Below, one piece after another: positions 14,701 through 24,374 of a stretch of 32,524 nt of DNA (positions within the stretch are counted from its first letter, which is position 1; every line of letters starts with the position of its first letter). The position numbers and the translations under genes are program-made. Origin of the DNA: Proteromonas lacertae (lineage: Eukaryota). Under the pieces are notes generated by a model that saw nothing but the letters and a program-made list of their open reading frames with translations, was not told where the DNA came from and did not search any database. The stretch is taken from NCBI GenBank assembly GCA_002245135.1, contig NGBS01000896.1:62001-94524 (forward strand), written 5' to 3'.

Positions 14701-15133
14701 TAAAATCATTACCATCACTTATCTCTGAGTCATTTATTTCAGATAAAACAGAATCTCTTTCACAAACATCAGAAACTGGTAATGCAACGTATGCTGGAGG
14801 TGGGTTTGAATAAGTGTGTAAACCACTAGTACCTCCTCTGTGATAACAAGAAAATGAATCAAAACGCGAACCACTAGTTTTTGAACTGTCTGAACTTGTT
14901 CTTGATAAATTTGAACCATATCCTGGAGATATGGGTGAAACTAAGTGGTAGTCTGGATTCACCTTTTGTAATTCACCTGAAATCCTACCATGATAACTTA
15001 AATGTGTTTGACTGTTTTTTTGAGAAGATCTTAACTGAGGTGGTGGAACAGATGACTCTGTCTCACTGGCAGGAGTTAATGGCGTGTTCTTTCCACTACT
15101 ATGCTCAGAATTATTCCGTGGCTTCTGAGACAT
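5746..15133 (-). CDS. EPG5: EPG5-like autophagy tethering protein, roughly 3000 aa, at least 11 exons
   Basis: Ten GTAT..TAG introns link the minus-strand ORFs in frame: 14095-14122, 13823-13872, 8844-8874, 8438-8509, 8071-8106, 7653-7690, 7497-7529, 6837-6873, 6520-6551, 6363-6389. One junction near 10885 is ambiguous. Motifs recalled from EPG5: WKPSEELL..WL..LAFHILSHLNW..LFIPANMHRRVAIAI, IYTWAQYII..DSPLFPLICQIFFILYF, LLNRFKIKEW, ECLKKNYILTL. Confidence 0.8.
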
Positions 15134-15472
15134 GAATAATCAATAAAAAATACTCTTCTGTTCAGATAAATCAAGCTCGAGGTTTGAAGTTATTGTTTCT
15201 CATCATTTTCACAATAAGCATTAAGTTTATGAGAAAATAGAAGTAATATTTATTTTATTTTATAAAAATATCTTTCAAATAAAACAATAAATAAATACTG
15301 TTTTGAATTATCACTTATGTAGCTGTTAGTAATTCTGTTCACATATCATTCAATAATTTCATAAACTTTAAAGTATTTTAATATATGTTTTATGATAAAA
15401 GAGAATGAAACAAAAATTACGGATCAGATCTGATCAAATCGCATTTCTATTACGTTGTTCTAAAGTGAAGAA

Positions 15473-18400
15473 ATGAAGGTTTTAGAAATATTTTTTGCCG
15501 TTATAGCAGTGATCAGTGCATCAACCACACTTTCTTGCATTAATAAATCAGCATACCAAGTTAAAGAATGTGATGATCACAATTGTGACCCAAACTCAAT
15601 GAAGGTTGGTATCTGTGAAAAAGAAGGTCAATTATTGCAATTAGGTGGTAAAGAAAATATCATTTGTCAATCACCAGCAAAGATTTGTGGATCTTTAGAA
15701 ACTGAGCTATCTAATAATAGAATACTAGTAGATGATAATGAGACAAGTGTTGAAGATAATTCAACTACAATTGAAGAGATGACAACACCTTCTGAGACTA
15801 AAATCCCTCTTCCTACAAGTTTTACACCATCAACTCATACTCCATCAGATGAAATTCCAATAGAAATACCTAAAGAAGCTAATGAAACAATTTCAATAGC
15901 CTTAAAACAAGTACAAGAAATAACAAAACAATTAATTAACTCTGGTGTAATGAAACCAACAGAAACTAGTGTATCCGCTCAACGCGCTGCTAGAAAGGAA
16001 TATGAGAAATTACCAATTCCAACAGAGAAATCAACAAAAGATTTTATTGATTTAATGCAACAAACTCAAACAAAGACAGTCAAATTCGAAAATATTCAAT
16101 CTATTGATATGACCAATTACAATAAAAATATAAAATTAGAAGATAGCCAAATAGATGGAAATTCTAACGAATTAGTAATTCAACCCAAGAAGAAGAGTAA
16201 TAGTAGTAGTAAAGAAAGAAGATATTTACAGAACAGTGAAGAAATGGAAGAAAAAGAAGAAGAATCAACAATTCAATTATTTGATGAATCAAACAACATA
16301 GTATATGAAAACTCCAAAATCAATATCATATCAAGAGAATCTTTAAGTCAAAATAAACCAATTATCATTCAGAATTGCAACGGTATATTCAAAAGTTTAA
16401 AAAACTCTATTATTCGAAATGTTGAAGTGATTATTTATAATGATATTATATTCAATTGTCAAGGAAGTGATAATAATAATAATGATTATGGTTTATTCAC
16501 CAATATAGCTGATAATGTTACTTTTATAAATGTAAAAATAATATTCAATTATGATGGAATTAGAACTATATCAATAAATAGTAATATTTCATCTACTATT
16601 GACTTTGGTTTATTAGCTGGTGAAAGTAAAGATTCATCAATCAATAATATTCAAATATATGGAAATATTATTACAGTAAAAGGAGAGAAAGATAAACAAA
16701 TAACATATGGTAATTTGATAGGATTAAACACTAATTCTAATATTAATAACTGTTATATTGATTTATCATTTGTATTATTATATCAGAATATAGTATATGG
16801 TGGAATAGTTGGTGTTTATAAAGGTGATAATAGTATAACTGATTCGTATGTTTATTTATCAAGTGGTTTAAGGGTTGGAGTGGATGAAAATATTAATCAA
16901 TTTATATATGGTGGTTTAATTGGTAAGAATGAAAGTGGTAAAGTTAATATTGTAAATGATTGGATTAGTTTAAATGTATTAGGAATTGAAATAAATAGTG
17001 AAAATGTGAATTTTGGTGGAATTATTGGTGTTGGTGAAGTTTCAATAACTAAATCATCACTTAAAATGATTGTTACCCAATCTAAATTCTATATTAAAGA
17101 TATAACAACAGATAATAAGAAATGTGGTTATGTAATAGGTGATGATAAAGAGATTGATATGGTTAATTCAACTATCAATTATGAATCATGTAATAGTAAA
17201 ATATTATCTGATTGTATATCACCAATATTGAGTTATAAAGCAGGAAATTCATCATATCCAACAAAGAAAGCTGAAACAAGAATATTAACATCATCAATAC
17301 AGAATAATTATGTATTTGGCAATGGAATAAATACAGAAGACTATAAAGATGGTAAAATTATAAATACTCCACCATCAGATTATTGTAATGATGGTATTCT
17401 AGAGAATGGTATATGTTATTATACTAAATACACTCCCACTAATCGACCACAGGTACAATCCTATTTGATCATATCAACTGAAGGAATGAATAGTAAAATA
17501 GCATCAAATAGTAAATTAGTCTGTCCAAATAAATGTAATTTAAATGGAATATGTCAATATGGTGAATGTTTATGCTTTCCAGGTTTTACTTCTTATGATT
17601 GTAGATTAAGAACTTGCCCATATGGAACAGCTATTTCTAATCCAACTAATGGTTATGATAAAGATGATAGAGTCAATTATGAATGTTCCAATCAAGGTAA
17701 ATGCAATAGAGAGAATGGATTATGTGAATGTTTTGCTGGTTATGAAGGAAATGCTTGTCAAAGAACAAAATGTCCAAATCAATGTTCAAATCATGGTGTT
17801 TGTACCACTGTAAATGAAGCAATCTTATATAAAGATGATAACTTGGATTTAAATTACAATAAAAAATATGGAAAATGGGATAGAGAATCAATTCAACTAT
17901 GTGTTTGTGATAAAGAATATAGTGGAGTAGATTGTTCTATTAGAAAATGTCCTAAAGGTTATTTAGCTGATAGTGAATGCGATTCTCCTTCTCAAGGTGA
18001 AATAAAAGTAACTTATAGTAGTAATGATATTTCTCAAATTAAAGCTGATAATAGTGATGATAAATATTTAGTATATTTAAAATATACTGATCCAAATAAC
18101 CATGTTTGGTTTACTAGTTCATTTGCTTTTCATTTAAGAGATGAATGGCTTAAAGCGCTTGGATCTTTGCCAAGTTATGCAATTTCAATTGAAGGAGTTG
18201 AGATTGATAAAGAAACTACAAATACTGCATTTTTATCAGTTACTATTACTTTTTCAAAACATCAAACTGGTAGACAATATCCAATTGAAGTAATTGGAAC
18301 TAAAGAAATGAAGGAAATACCTGAATTAAGAGATGCTAAAAATGGATTTTATCATTGGCTTAATCCTAATTTACACAATTTACTTGATACTGAAAATGGT

Positions 18401-18541
18401 AAGATTACCTATGAGATGGAAAATACTCAAAGAGGTTATGAATGCAGTAATAATGGTATTTGTAATACACAGAGTGGAGTATGTAACTGTTTTGATGGAT
18501 TTTCTGGTTTAGCTTGCAGTGAAGTGGAAGAAACAGTATAA
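15473..18541 (+). CDS. Large secreted protein with GLUG-like repeats and a C-terminal tubular-mastigoneme-like EGF module
   Basis: Uninterrupted 1022-aa ORF with a signal peptide, a Thr/Pro-rich stalk and YGGIVG/YGGLIG/FGGIIG repeats. Four EGF-like units follow (CPNKCNLNGIC..., ECSNQGKCNRENGLCECFAGYEGNACQRTKCP), then a spacer and a terminal EGF (ECSNNGICNTQSGVCNCFDGFSGLAC). This is the layout of Sig1/Ocm1/Mas proteins. Confidence 0.8.
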   Translation: MKVLEIFFAVIAVISASTTLSCINKSAYQVKECDDHNCDPNSMKVGICEKEGQLLQLGGKENIICQSPAKICGSLETELSNNRILVDDNETSVEDNSTTIEEMTTPSETKIPLPTSFTPSTHTPSDEIPIEIPKEANETISIALKQVQEITKQLINSGVMKPTETSVSAQRAARKEYEKLPIPTEKSTKDFIDLMQQTQTKTVKFENIQSIDMTNYNKNIKLEDSQIDGNSNELVIQPKKKSNSSSKERRYLQNSEEMEEKEEESTIQLFDESNNIVYENSKINIISRESLSQNKPIIIQNCNGIFKSLKNSIIRNVEVIIYNDIIFNCQGSDNNNNDYGLFTNIADNVTFINVKIIFNYDGIRTISINSNISSTIDFGLLAGESKDSSINNIQIYGNIITVKGEKDKQITYGNLIGLNTNSNINNCYIDLSFVLLYQNIVYGGIVGVYKGDNSITDSYVYLSSGLRVGVDENINQFIYGGLIGKNESGKVNIVNDWISLNVLGIEINSENVNFGGIIGVGEVSITKSSLKMIVTQSKFYIKDITTDNKKCGYVIGDDKEIDMVNSTINYESCNSKILSDCISPILSYKAGNSSYPTKKAETRILTSSIQNNYVFGNGINTEDYKDGKIINTPPSDYCNDGILENGICYYTKYTPTNRPQVQSYLIISTEGMNSKIASNSKLVCPNKCNLNGICQYGECLCFPGFTSYDCRLRTCPYGTAISNPTNGYDKDDRVNYECSNQGKCNRENGLCECFAGYEGNACQRTKCPNQCSNHGVCTTVNEAILYKDDNLDLNYNKKYGKWDRESIQLCVCDKEYSGVDCSIRKCPKGYLADSECDSPSQGEIKVTYSSNDISQIKADNSDDKYLVYLKYTDPNNHVWFTSSFAFHLRDEWLKALGSLPSYAISIEGVEIDKETTNTAFLSVTITFSKHQTGRQYPIEVIGTKEMKEIPELRDAKNGFYHWLNPNLHNLLDTENGKITYEMENTQRGYECSNNGICNTQSGVCNCFDGFSGLACSEVEETV

Positions 18542-18729
18542 TTAAGGTGTTCTATATTATATAATATTGTAATTGTACGAATTTGTTGTTTTTGGAAAGA
18601 AAATTGAGTTGAATAATGAATAATGAAAAATTATCCGTTTATAAACAATATTTGATAGAGGTTTGAATTATTCTTCCTCAAACCAAGTTTTTCTTCAATA
18701 TATTTTTGATATTTTTTAAGAAGCAATAC

Positions 18730-20540
18730 ATGAATAGAGGGAATTACGATTCGAAAAATGAGTATATATATATTTATGTTGTCCAAATATAATTTTAATA
18801 GCAGTGCAACAGGTGGTGCTGGAACGTATTGTTGTGTTAAACTATAATCTGTTAGATATGGCGCAGGAAGTACAGATGATCGAAAAGCTATGATCCAAAG
18901 AAGAAAGGATATGGAACGAAGAAAGCGTGAAGAAAGAAATAAGGGCATTTCTATCCAACCAACAATAAAATCTAATCCAACACCTACACCTAGTATTTTA
19001 TAATTTATTACTTTACTCATTAGCATTGAAATTATTTTCTGCCCCAAAAATGGGATCTGTAACTTGGGATGAGTATTATTATCATCTTATACTAAATATC
19101 TTAGAGAAAAAAGAAATGAAGATGATGTACCAGAATATACAGAAGAAGCAAAAACTCTTGAACCAGTAAGACCTGTAATTAGAGAAGTTGTTTCACCCCT
19201 TCATCCAATTGAACAAAGTTTAAAAAAGAATGGTTTAGTAGCATCTTATGATCCAACCGCCGGTGATGAAATACCAACAGAAGTGTTAGAAACACCATCA
19301 CCTCCAAAAAATAAAAATAGTAGCAATAGTGCCAAAGAAGAAAAAGTTGAAATAGAAGATGATTATCGAAGTAATAATAATCCTAATAGAACTGCAATGA
19401 TGAATAGAAACTATGATTATAATGATAGACCTATAGCTGGATCTCCTAATGTCCATATTAACAGAGATAATCCGCAACAACGCATGGATCAGGAAAGAAG
19501 GGATAGTTATTCGCCTGGTCCAGATGATGATGATGATGAAGATGATTATTATGCTAATGATTATAAATATAGAAGTGATGATGAAGGAGATTATGATTAT
19601 ACACCCCCTGGTGAAGCAGATTATGTCAGACCAAGTGGTGATGGTGAAGGTAGCGATAAGTATGATAGTGAACCAATAATATTTGCTGATTCTGAATCTA
19701 AGAAATGTTTCTTAACAAAACCATGTCCAATCAAATATGGAGTTGTGCAATGTTATATTGAAAGAACAAAACAAGGATTTAGAGGTAATTCATGTCAGTA
19801 TGATGTGTATTTAAGAGATGGAAAGTATATTTTAAAAATATATTCGTTTCATTTTATTTTAATAGTCAATATATATTATCAGGAAAGAAGAAATCACACA
19901 GCAAAACATCAAATTATTATATAGCATCAGATAGAGCAGGATTAGATCAAGTTGGACCAACATTTTTAGGTAAATTAAGAGCAAATTTTGTTGGCACAGA
20001 GTTTACTATATATGGTCCAGGTAAAAATCCAAAAGTATATATTTTCCCCACTAATATTTGAAATAGGATTTGGATGCAGATACATTATCAACAACAACAT
20101 CGTTAGTTAGGGATGAAAGAGGTGTTGTTTTGTATGCTAGCAATTTATTAGGAGCAAGAGGTCCTCGTAAAATGACAGTAATCTTCCCCAAAGTGAAGAA
20201 TGAAACAGATGTAACAGAATGGAGGCCAATCAAGAAGAAGGATGGTATATTGGCGAAATATCAAAGGCAAGAAATAGCAGATTTAGATTTTCTTCATAAT
20301 AAAAGCCCTAGATGGAATGAACAAGTTGGAGCTTATGTCTTGAATTTCAATGGTCGTGTAACAATGGCATCAGTGAAGAATTTCCAATTAATTCGTCCTG
20401 ATGATGAAAATAATGTAATTCTACAGTTTGGAAGAGTTGGTAAAGATCAGTTCACAATGGATTTCCAATATCCATTAAGTGCTTTTCAAGCATTTGCAAT
20501 TTGCTTAAGTAGTTTTGATAATAAAATATTATGCGAATAG
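18730..20540 (+). CDS. Tubby-like protein (7 exons)
   Basis: Introns 18762-18801, 18826-18855, 18993-19023, 19073-19104, 19825-19865 and 20035-20066 give one frame from ATG 18730. Tubby domain motifs: FLGKLRANFVGTEFTIY, LHNKSPRWNEQVGAYVLNFNGRVTMASVKNFQL, LQFGRVGKDQFTMDFQYPLSAFQAFAICLSSFDNKILCE. Confidence 0.93.
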
Positions 20541-20716
20541 AATACATTTTTGTATGATAATTTTTATATTCTTTCTGTTTTTATATAATTATTGCTTTGC
20601 AAATGTAGATTTATAACAGAATGAATGTATGTGATTCATAAATATGTTTAGATTGAATAGAATAAAGAAAAAGGAATCAAGCTTTGTTCAAGTTCTTTCA
20701 ACATAATTTTTAAAAA

Positions 20717-21984
20717 ATGAAGGTTTTTTACTATATATTGATTATTATATCAATTGCTTCTGCGTGTAACAATTTCTGTAACAATCATGGTATCTGTGGA
20801 GCATATAATAGATGTGAATGCTACCCAGGATGGGGAGGTTCTGATTGCTCTTTAAGTATAGGTTTATATTCATTTCAATAGGAGGATGTCCATATGGAGA
20901 AGGATTTGTTGATATAGCATTGGGAGACTTGAACCATGATGGTCAAATCACTAACGATGGTGTTTATACTGAATGGCAACCAAAAACTCTGCTTTATGAA
21001 AATTTAGAATATCCAATTCTATCAACAGGAAGAGCTCACAGATATGCAGAATGTTCAAATGCTGGTTTGTGCAATAGAGAGACAGGTGAATGTGAATGTT
21101 ATCCAGGTTATGAAGGTAGTTCATGTCAAAGAAAGAGTTGTCCATCTTCTTCTGCTGATACAACCTGTAGTGGTCATGGTATTTGTGTATCTTCTGAACA
21201 AATAATCAATGAAATGAGTGCAGACACAAAATACGTTGGTTGGGAGACTGATAAGTATTATGTATGCAAATGTGATAAAGGATTTGAAGGTATTGATTGT
21301 AGTAATCGTAAATGTCCTCAAAGTTTAGATCCTCTTAATAATGATCCTCTTAATAATGATCCATATAAAGGTGAATATACTTATTTTATTGAAACTGATT
21401 ATGGTACTACTACACCTGCACCTTCTTCAGATGATATACAATATGTTGAAACTTATAGAATTAAATATTATAAAGATGGTGTTAGTTATATTACTCCTAC
21501 ACTGTATGGAAGAAAAGATTATTGTAAAGGTAATACTATTGAAAATTCAAAGGCTGCAGAAATGGAAAGTGAAATTAAAACTGCATTACAGAAAATACCA
21601 TTATTAAACCAAGTTGATGTTGAAGTAAGATGTACAACCGATGCTGATTTAACTGCAACAACAAATGGAAATAATAATTATGACACAAAAATAGACAATT
21701 TAAAATCCATTCCACCAAGAGCAGGTAATTCTCTCTCAGTGAATTTAACATTAAATGCAGTTGATATATTGACTTATAAAGATGATAAAATAGAAATAAT
21801 AAAAAATGTAATTATGATGAAAGATAAATCAAAAGCAACTGGAAAACAAAAAGCTTATAATGTTCCACACTCAAAATCCACATCAATATGTTCAAGTAGA
21901 GGTAAGTGTAATCTTCAATCAGGTGAATGTGAATGTTTTGAAGGATATTATGGAGTAGCTTGTCAAATGAGAAAAGAAGTGTAA
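20717..21984 (+). CDS. Tubular mastigoneme-like EGF protein, Sig1/Ocm1/Mas family (2 exons)
   Basis: ATG at 20717 and a 26-nt intron at 20856-20881 give the signal peptide MKVFYYILIIISIASA, then CNNFCNNHGICG..CECYPGWGGSDCSLRGCPYG..GDLNHDG..AHRYAECSNAGLCNRETGECECYPGYEGSSCQRKSCP. It ends in the EGF CSSRGKCNLQSGECECFEGYYGVAC. Confidence 0.85.
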
Positions 21985-22154
21985 GATTGTTGTTATTTTT
22001 TTAAATTAATTTATTAATATTATTTGTATAAATTCCATTTGCGTTATATGATAATATGTATTATAATCATAATTTCATTTAAATAAACACTTTTTGTTAA
22101 GTATTTACAAATATATCCGTTTCTTTTGATTTTGAATTTGTGTTTTTTGCATAA

Positions 22155-22426
22155 ATGGCTGAATATAAAATTATATACAACAAATGTAGAGGTCGTGCTG
22201 AAGTTTTAAGAATTATTCTTGAGTTTGCTGGTAAGAAATACGATGAAGAATACATTGACGATAATTGGCCTGAATTGAAGAAAAAATTAACAGAATCTGG
22301 TGAAATAGCATTTGGACAAGTGCCATTATTGAAACATAATGACAAGAACATCGTTCAAAGTTGTACTCAACTTAGATATCTAGGCAGACTGTATATTTTT
22401 GGTTTTATGTTAATATATATATATAT
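22155..22426 (+). pseudogene. Glutathione S-transferase, N-terminal exon only, interrupted in its intron by the mobile element
   Basis: GST N-domain: YNKCRGRAEVLRIILEFAGKKY..W..FGQVPLLKHNDKNIVQSCTQLRYLGRL. A GTAT donor sits at 22391. No GST C-terminal helical domain follows in any frame. Splicing to the next AG (22439) or the next TAG (22452) hits a stop within 15 codons. Confidence 0.8.
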
Positions 22427-22543
22427 GTATAACCGTAAGAATATCACTGTAGGTGGGTAACCCGTACCAGACTATTCTTAGGTGCCTTCTACAGGTAAGA
22501 ATAAGCGATTTGAGTGTAAATTAGTTTTTGGTACGGGTTATAC
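22427..22543. repeat. Nested inverted repeats at the element terminus
   Basis: TAACCCGTACCA (22458-22469) and TGGTACGGGTTA (22529-22540) form a perfect 12-bp IR. TATTCTTA (22473-22480) can pair with TAAGAATA at 22496-22503 or at 22436-22443. GTATAACCGTA (22427-22437) nearly complements TACGGGTTATAC (22532-22543). Confidence 0.8.
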
Positions 22544-22685
22544 TGGAGCAAGTGGTGAGTTTAAATTTCTTTATATATTTTAGTGTATGAGTAATTTTAT
22601 GGGTTAAAATTTTTTCTTTTGTTTTTTGTATATAATTTCATTTAACTTTTTCTTATTGTTATTTATCAATCATAATTTCAAAAGA

Positions 22686-23027
22686 ATGTCAAGAATTTGG
22701 ATCGAGAATGTTAATATAGAAGATAGAAATAAGCGTGAAGATGAAGACTTTGAAAGAATCTATGCAATCATTGAAAGTGAAGTAGCTAGAATAGTAGCTG
22801 AGCCACCTCCAGTAGTAATGTGGTATACTTCTGATACAGCTGATGAGGATGACAGAAAGTATGAAGAATGGCGTGCAATTCATAAACCAACCAGAGTAGC
22901 ACAAGCAACCATACGCCCTAGAAAATGGGTTGATCCTGAAGAAGAGCGCAGAAAAACAAAGATGTTAAAGCGTTATGGTATTGATGAAAAAAACATCATT
23001 GAAGAAAGACTAAGATTTCATAACTAA
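22686..23027 (+). CDS. Element orphan ORF, 113 aa, charged
   Basis: The first ATG is at 22686 (MSRIWIENV...); the upstream TTG-started extension is T-rich and looks non-coding. Coding-like composition, no recognised domain. Confidence 0.65.
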   Translation: MSRIWIENVNIEDRNKREDEDFERIYAIIESEVARIVAEPPPVVMWYTSDTADEDDRKYEEWRAIHKPTRVAQATIRPRKWVDPEEERRKTKMLKRYGIDEKNIIEERLRFHN

Positions 23028-23155
23028 TTCTTAAATCATTGGTTTTAATTGAATTTTTGTTATTTGATTGGCTGAATAGAAATAAACATAATATTACATA
23101 ATTCTTTTCATTCATAAATTTCTTGCGATTTTTGAAATAATCTACATAAATTAAA

Positions 23156-23743
23156 ATGAGTGATATACAAAACGAATTAGATGCTAATATTGAAAAACAC
23201 TTACAAGAAGGTGAAATGTATGAGAATGATATGTCTGAAGTAAAATCATTAATTATTAAAGTATTCAAGGATATGTTGGATGGTATGTATTCTGTGATTG
23301 AAGAGTATGAAGATGATCCAGAATGGAGTGAACAACCAGGTGATGATATTGATATAACAATGGAAGAAGAAGAAGAAGTGAAGGAAGAAAAACAAAGCGA
23401 ATCTAAACCTAAAAAAAGAAAGGATATAACAAAGTTAGATCCAGATTCACAGATATGTAGTACTTGTGGTAAGAAGAAAGCTAATGATGAATTTGGTTAT
23501 AAGAGTGAAGGTGTATTCTATAAATCTTGTACAGAGTGTAGAAATAAGAAGAAGAGAAGATATGAAGAAGTAAAGAAAGGAAGTGATAATAGTGGAGAAG
23601 ATAAGAAGCGTAAAGTAGAGAATAGTTCCACTGCCGAGGGTCGACCAAAGGTAGATATTGCTAAAGTAGATTGTTCTACAAGTCCTATCCCGGGGGTAGC
23701 TACAGTAGATCTAACTACATCACCTACCTGTATAATTAATTAA
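23156..23743 (+). CDS. Element ORF with a C4 zinc finger and acidic and basic tracts
   Basis: CSTCGKKKANDEFGYKSEGVFYKSCTECRNK fits the CxxCxxxKxxxxF...CxxC finger common in large DNA viruses and phages. NLS-like KKKRR. Confidence 0.75.
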   Translation: MSDIQNELDANIEKHLQEGEMYENDMSEVKSLIIKVFKDMLDGMYSVIEEYEDDPEWSEQPGDDIDITMEEEEEVKEEKQSESKPKKRKDITKLDPDSQICSTCGKKKANDEFGYKSEGVFYKSCTECRNKKKRRYEEVKKGSDNSGEDKKRKVENSSTAEGRPKVDIAKVDCSTSPIPGVATVDLTTSPTCIIN

Positions 23744-23807
23744 CTTTTGGTTTAAAATTCATTTTTATATTTCTATACGTTTTTATATATAAATAATTTC
23801 ACATAAT

Positions 23808-24191
23808 ATGCCATATAATTCATCATTAGTTATGTTAGGTGATATGAAAGATACTTTAAATGGTTTGAAACAAGAACTGTATATTTTATTAGGTTGTGTA
23901 GTTCTATGGGTTCTTTATAAATGCAAGAGAATATGTGCATGGTGTTATCATAAAGCCTGTCCTCCAGAATTAAGTGAAATATTAGCTGAGCCAGAACCTG
24001 CTGTTCAATTAGCATTAAGAAAATCTACTATTGTTTCTGCTATTCCATTTACTTTAACACCTGAAAATAGTAGAATAAATTCTAGAAATGTTAGTGATAA
24101 TGAAGATGAAGAACCATTAGAAACAGAAATAGAAATTATTCCTATTAATAAACCTGAGATTGAAATTCAAAAACCATTCATAAATATTTAA
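23808..24191 (+). CDS. Element ORF, small single-pass membrane protein
   Basis: Hydrophobic LYILLGCVVLWVLY, then basic/Cys-rich KCKRICAWCYHKAC and an acidic tail. Confidence 0.65.
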   Translation: MPYNSSLVMLGDMKDTLNGLKQELYILLGCVVLWVLYKCKRICAWCYHKACPPELSEILAEPEPAVQLALRKSTIVSAIPFTLTPENSRINSRNVSDNEDEEPLETEIEIIPINKPEIEIQKPFINI

Positions 24192-24374
24192 TTTTATATA
24201 TAGTCTTTTTTTCGTATTTGATTTTTGAAAGTTATTTTTTGTACCCCCTTAAAAAATTACATAAAGAAAAACCGTTTTATTTTTCATTCACACTTTTCTT
24301 ACTCATTTTCAGTATTTTATTTTTTGCTTTTTTTACCTTAATAGAAAATTAATTATTCAATCATTCAATCAAAA

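Noticed and set aside
18631..19047. 138-aa minus-strand ORF
   Set aside because: It is antisense to the small 5' exons and introns of the tubby gene, which splice cleanly on the plus strand.
22430..22545. CRISPR array, tRNA or intrinsic terminator reading of the repeats
   Set aside because: There is no regular repeat-spacer period and no cloverleaf, and the context is eukaryotic.
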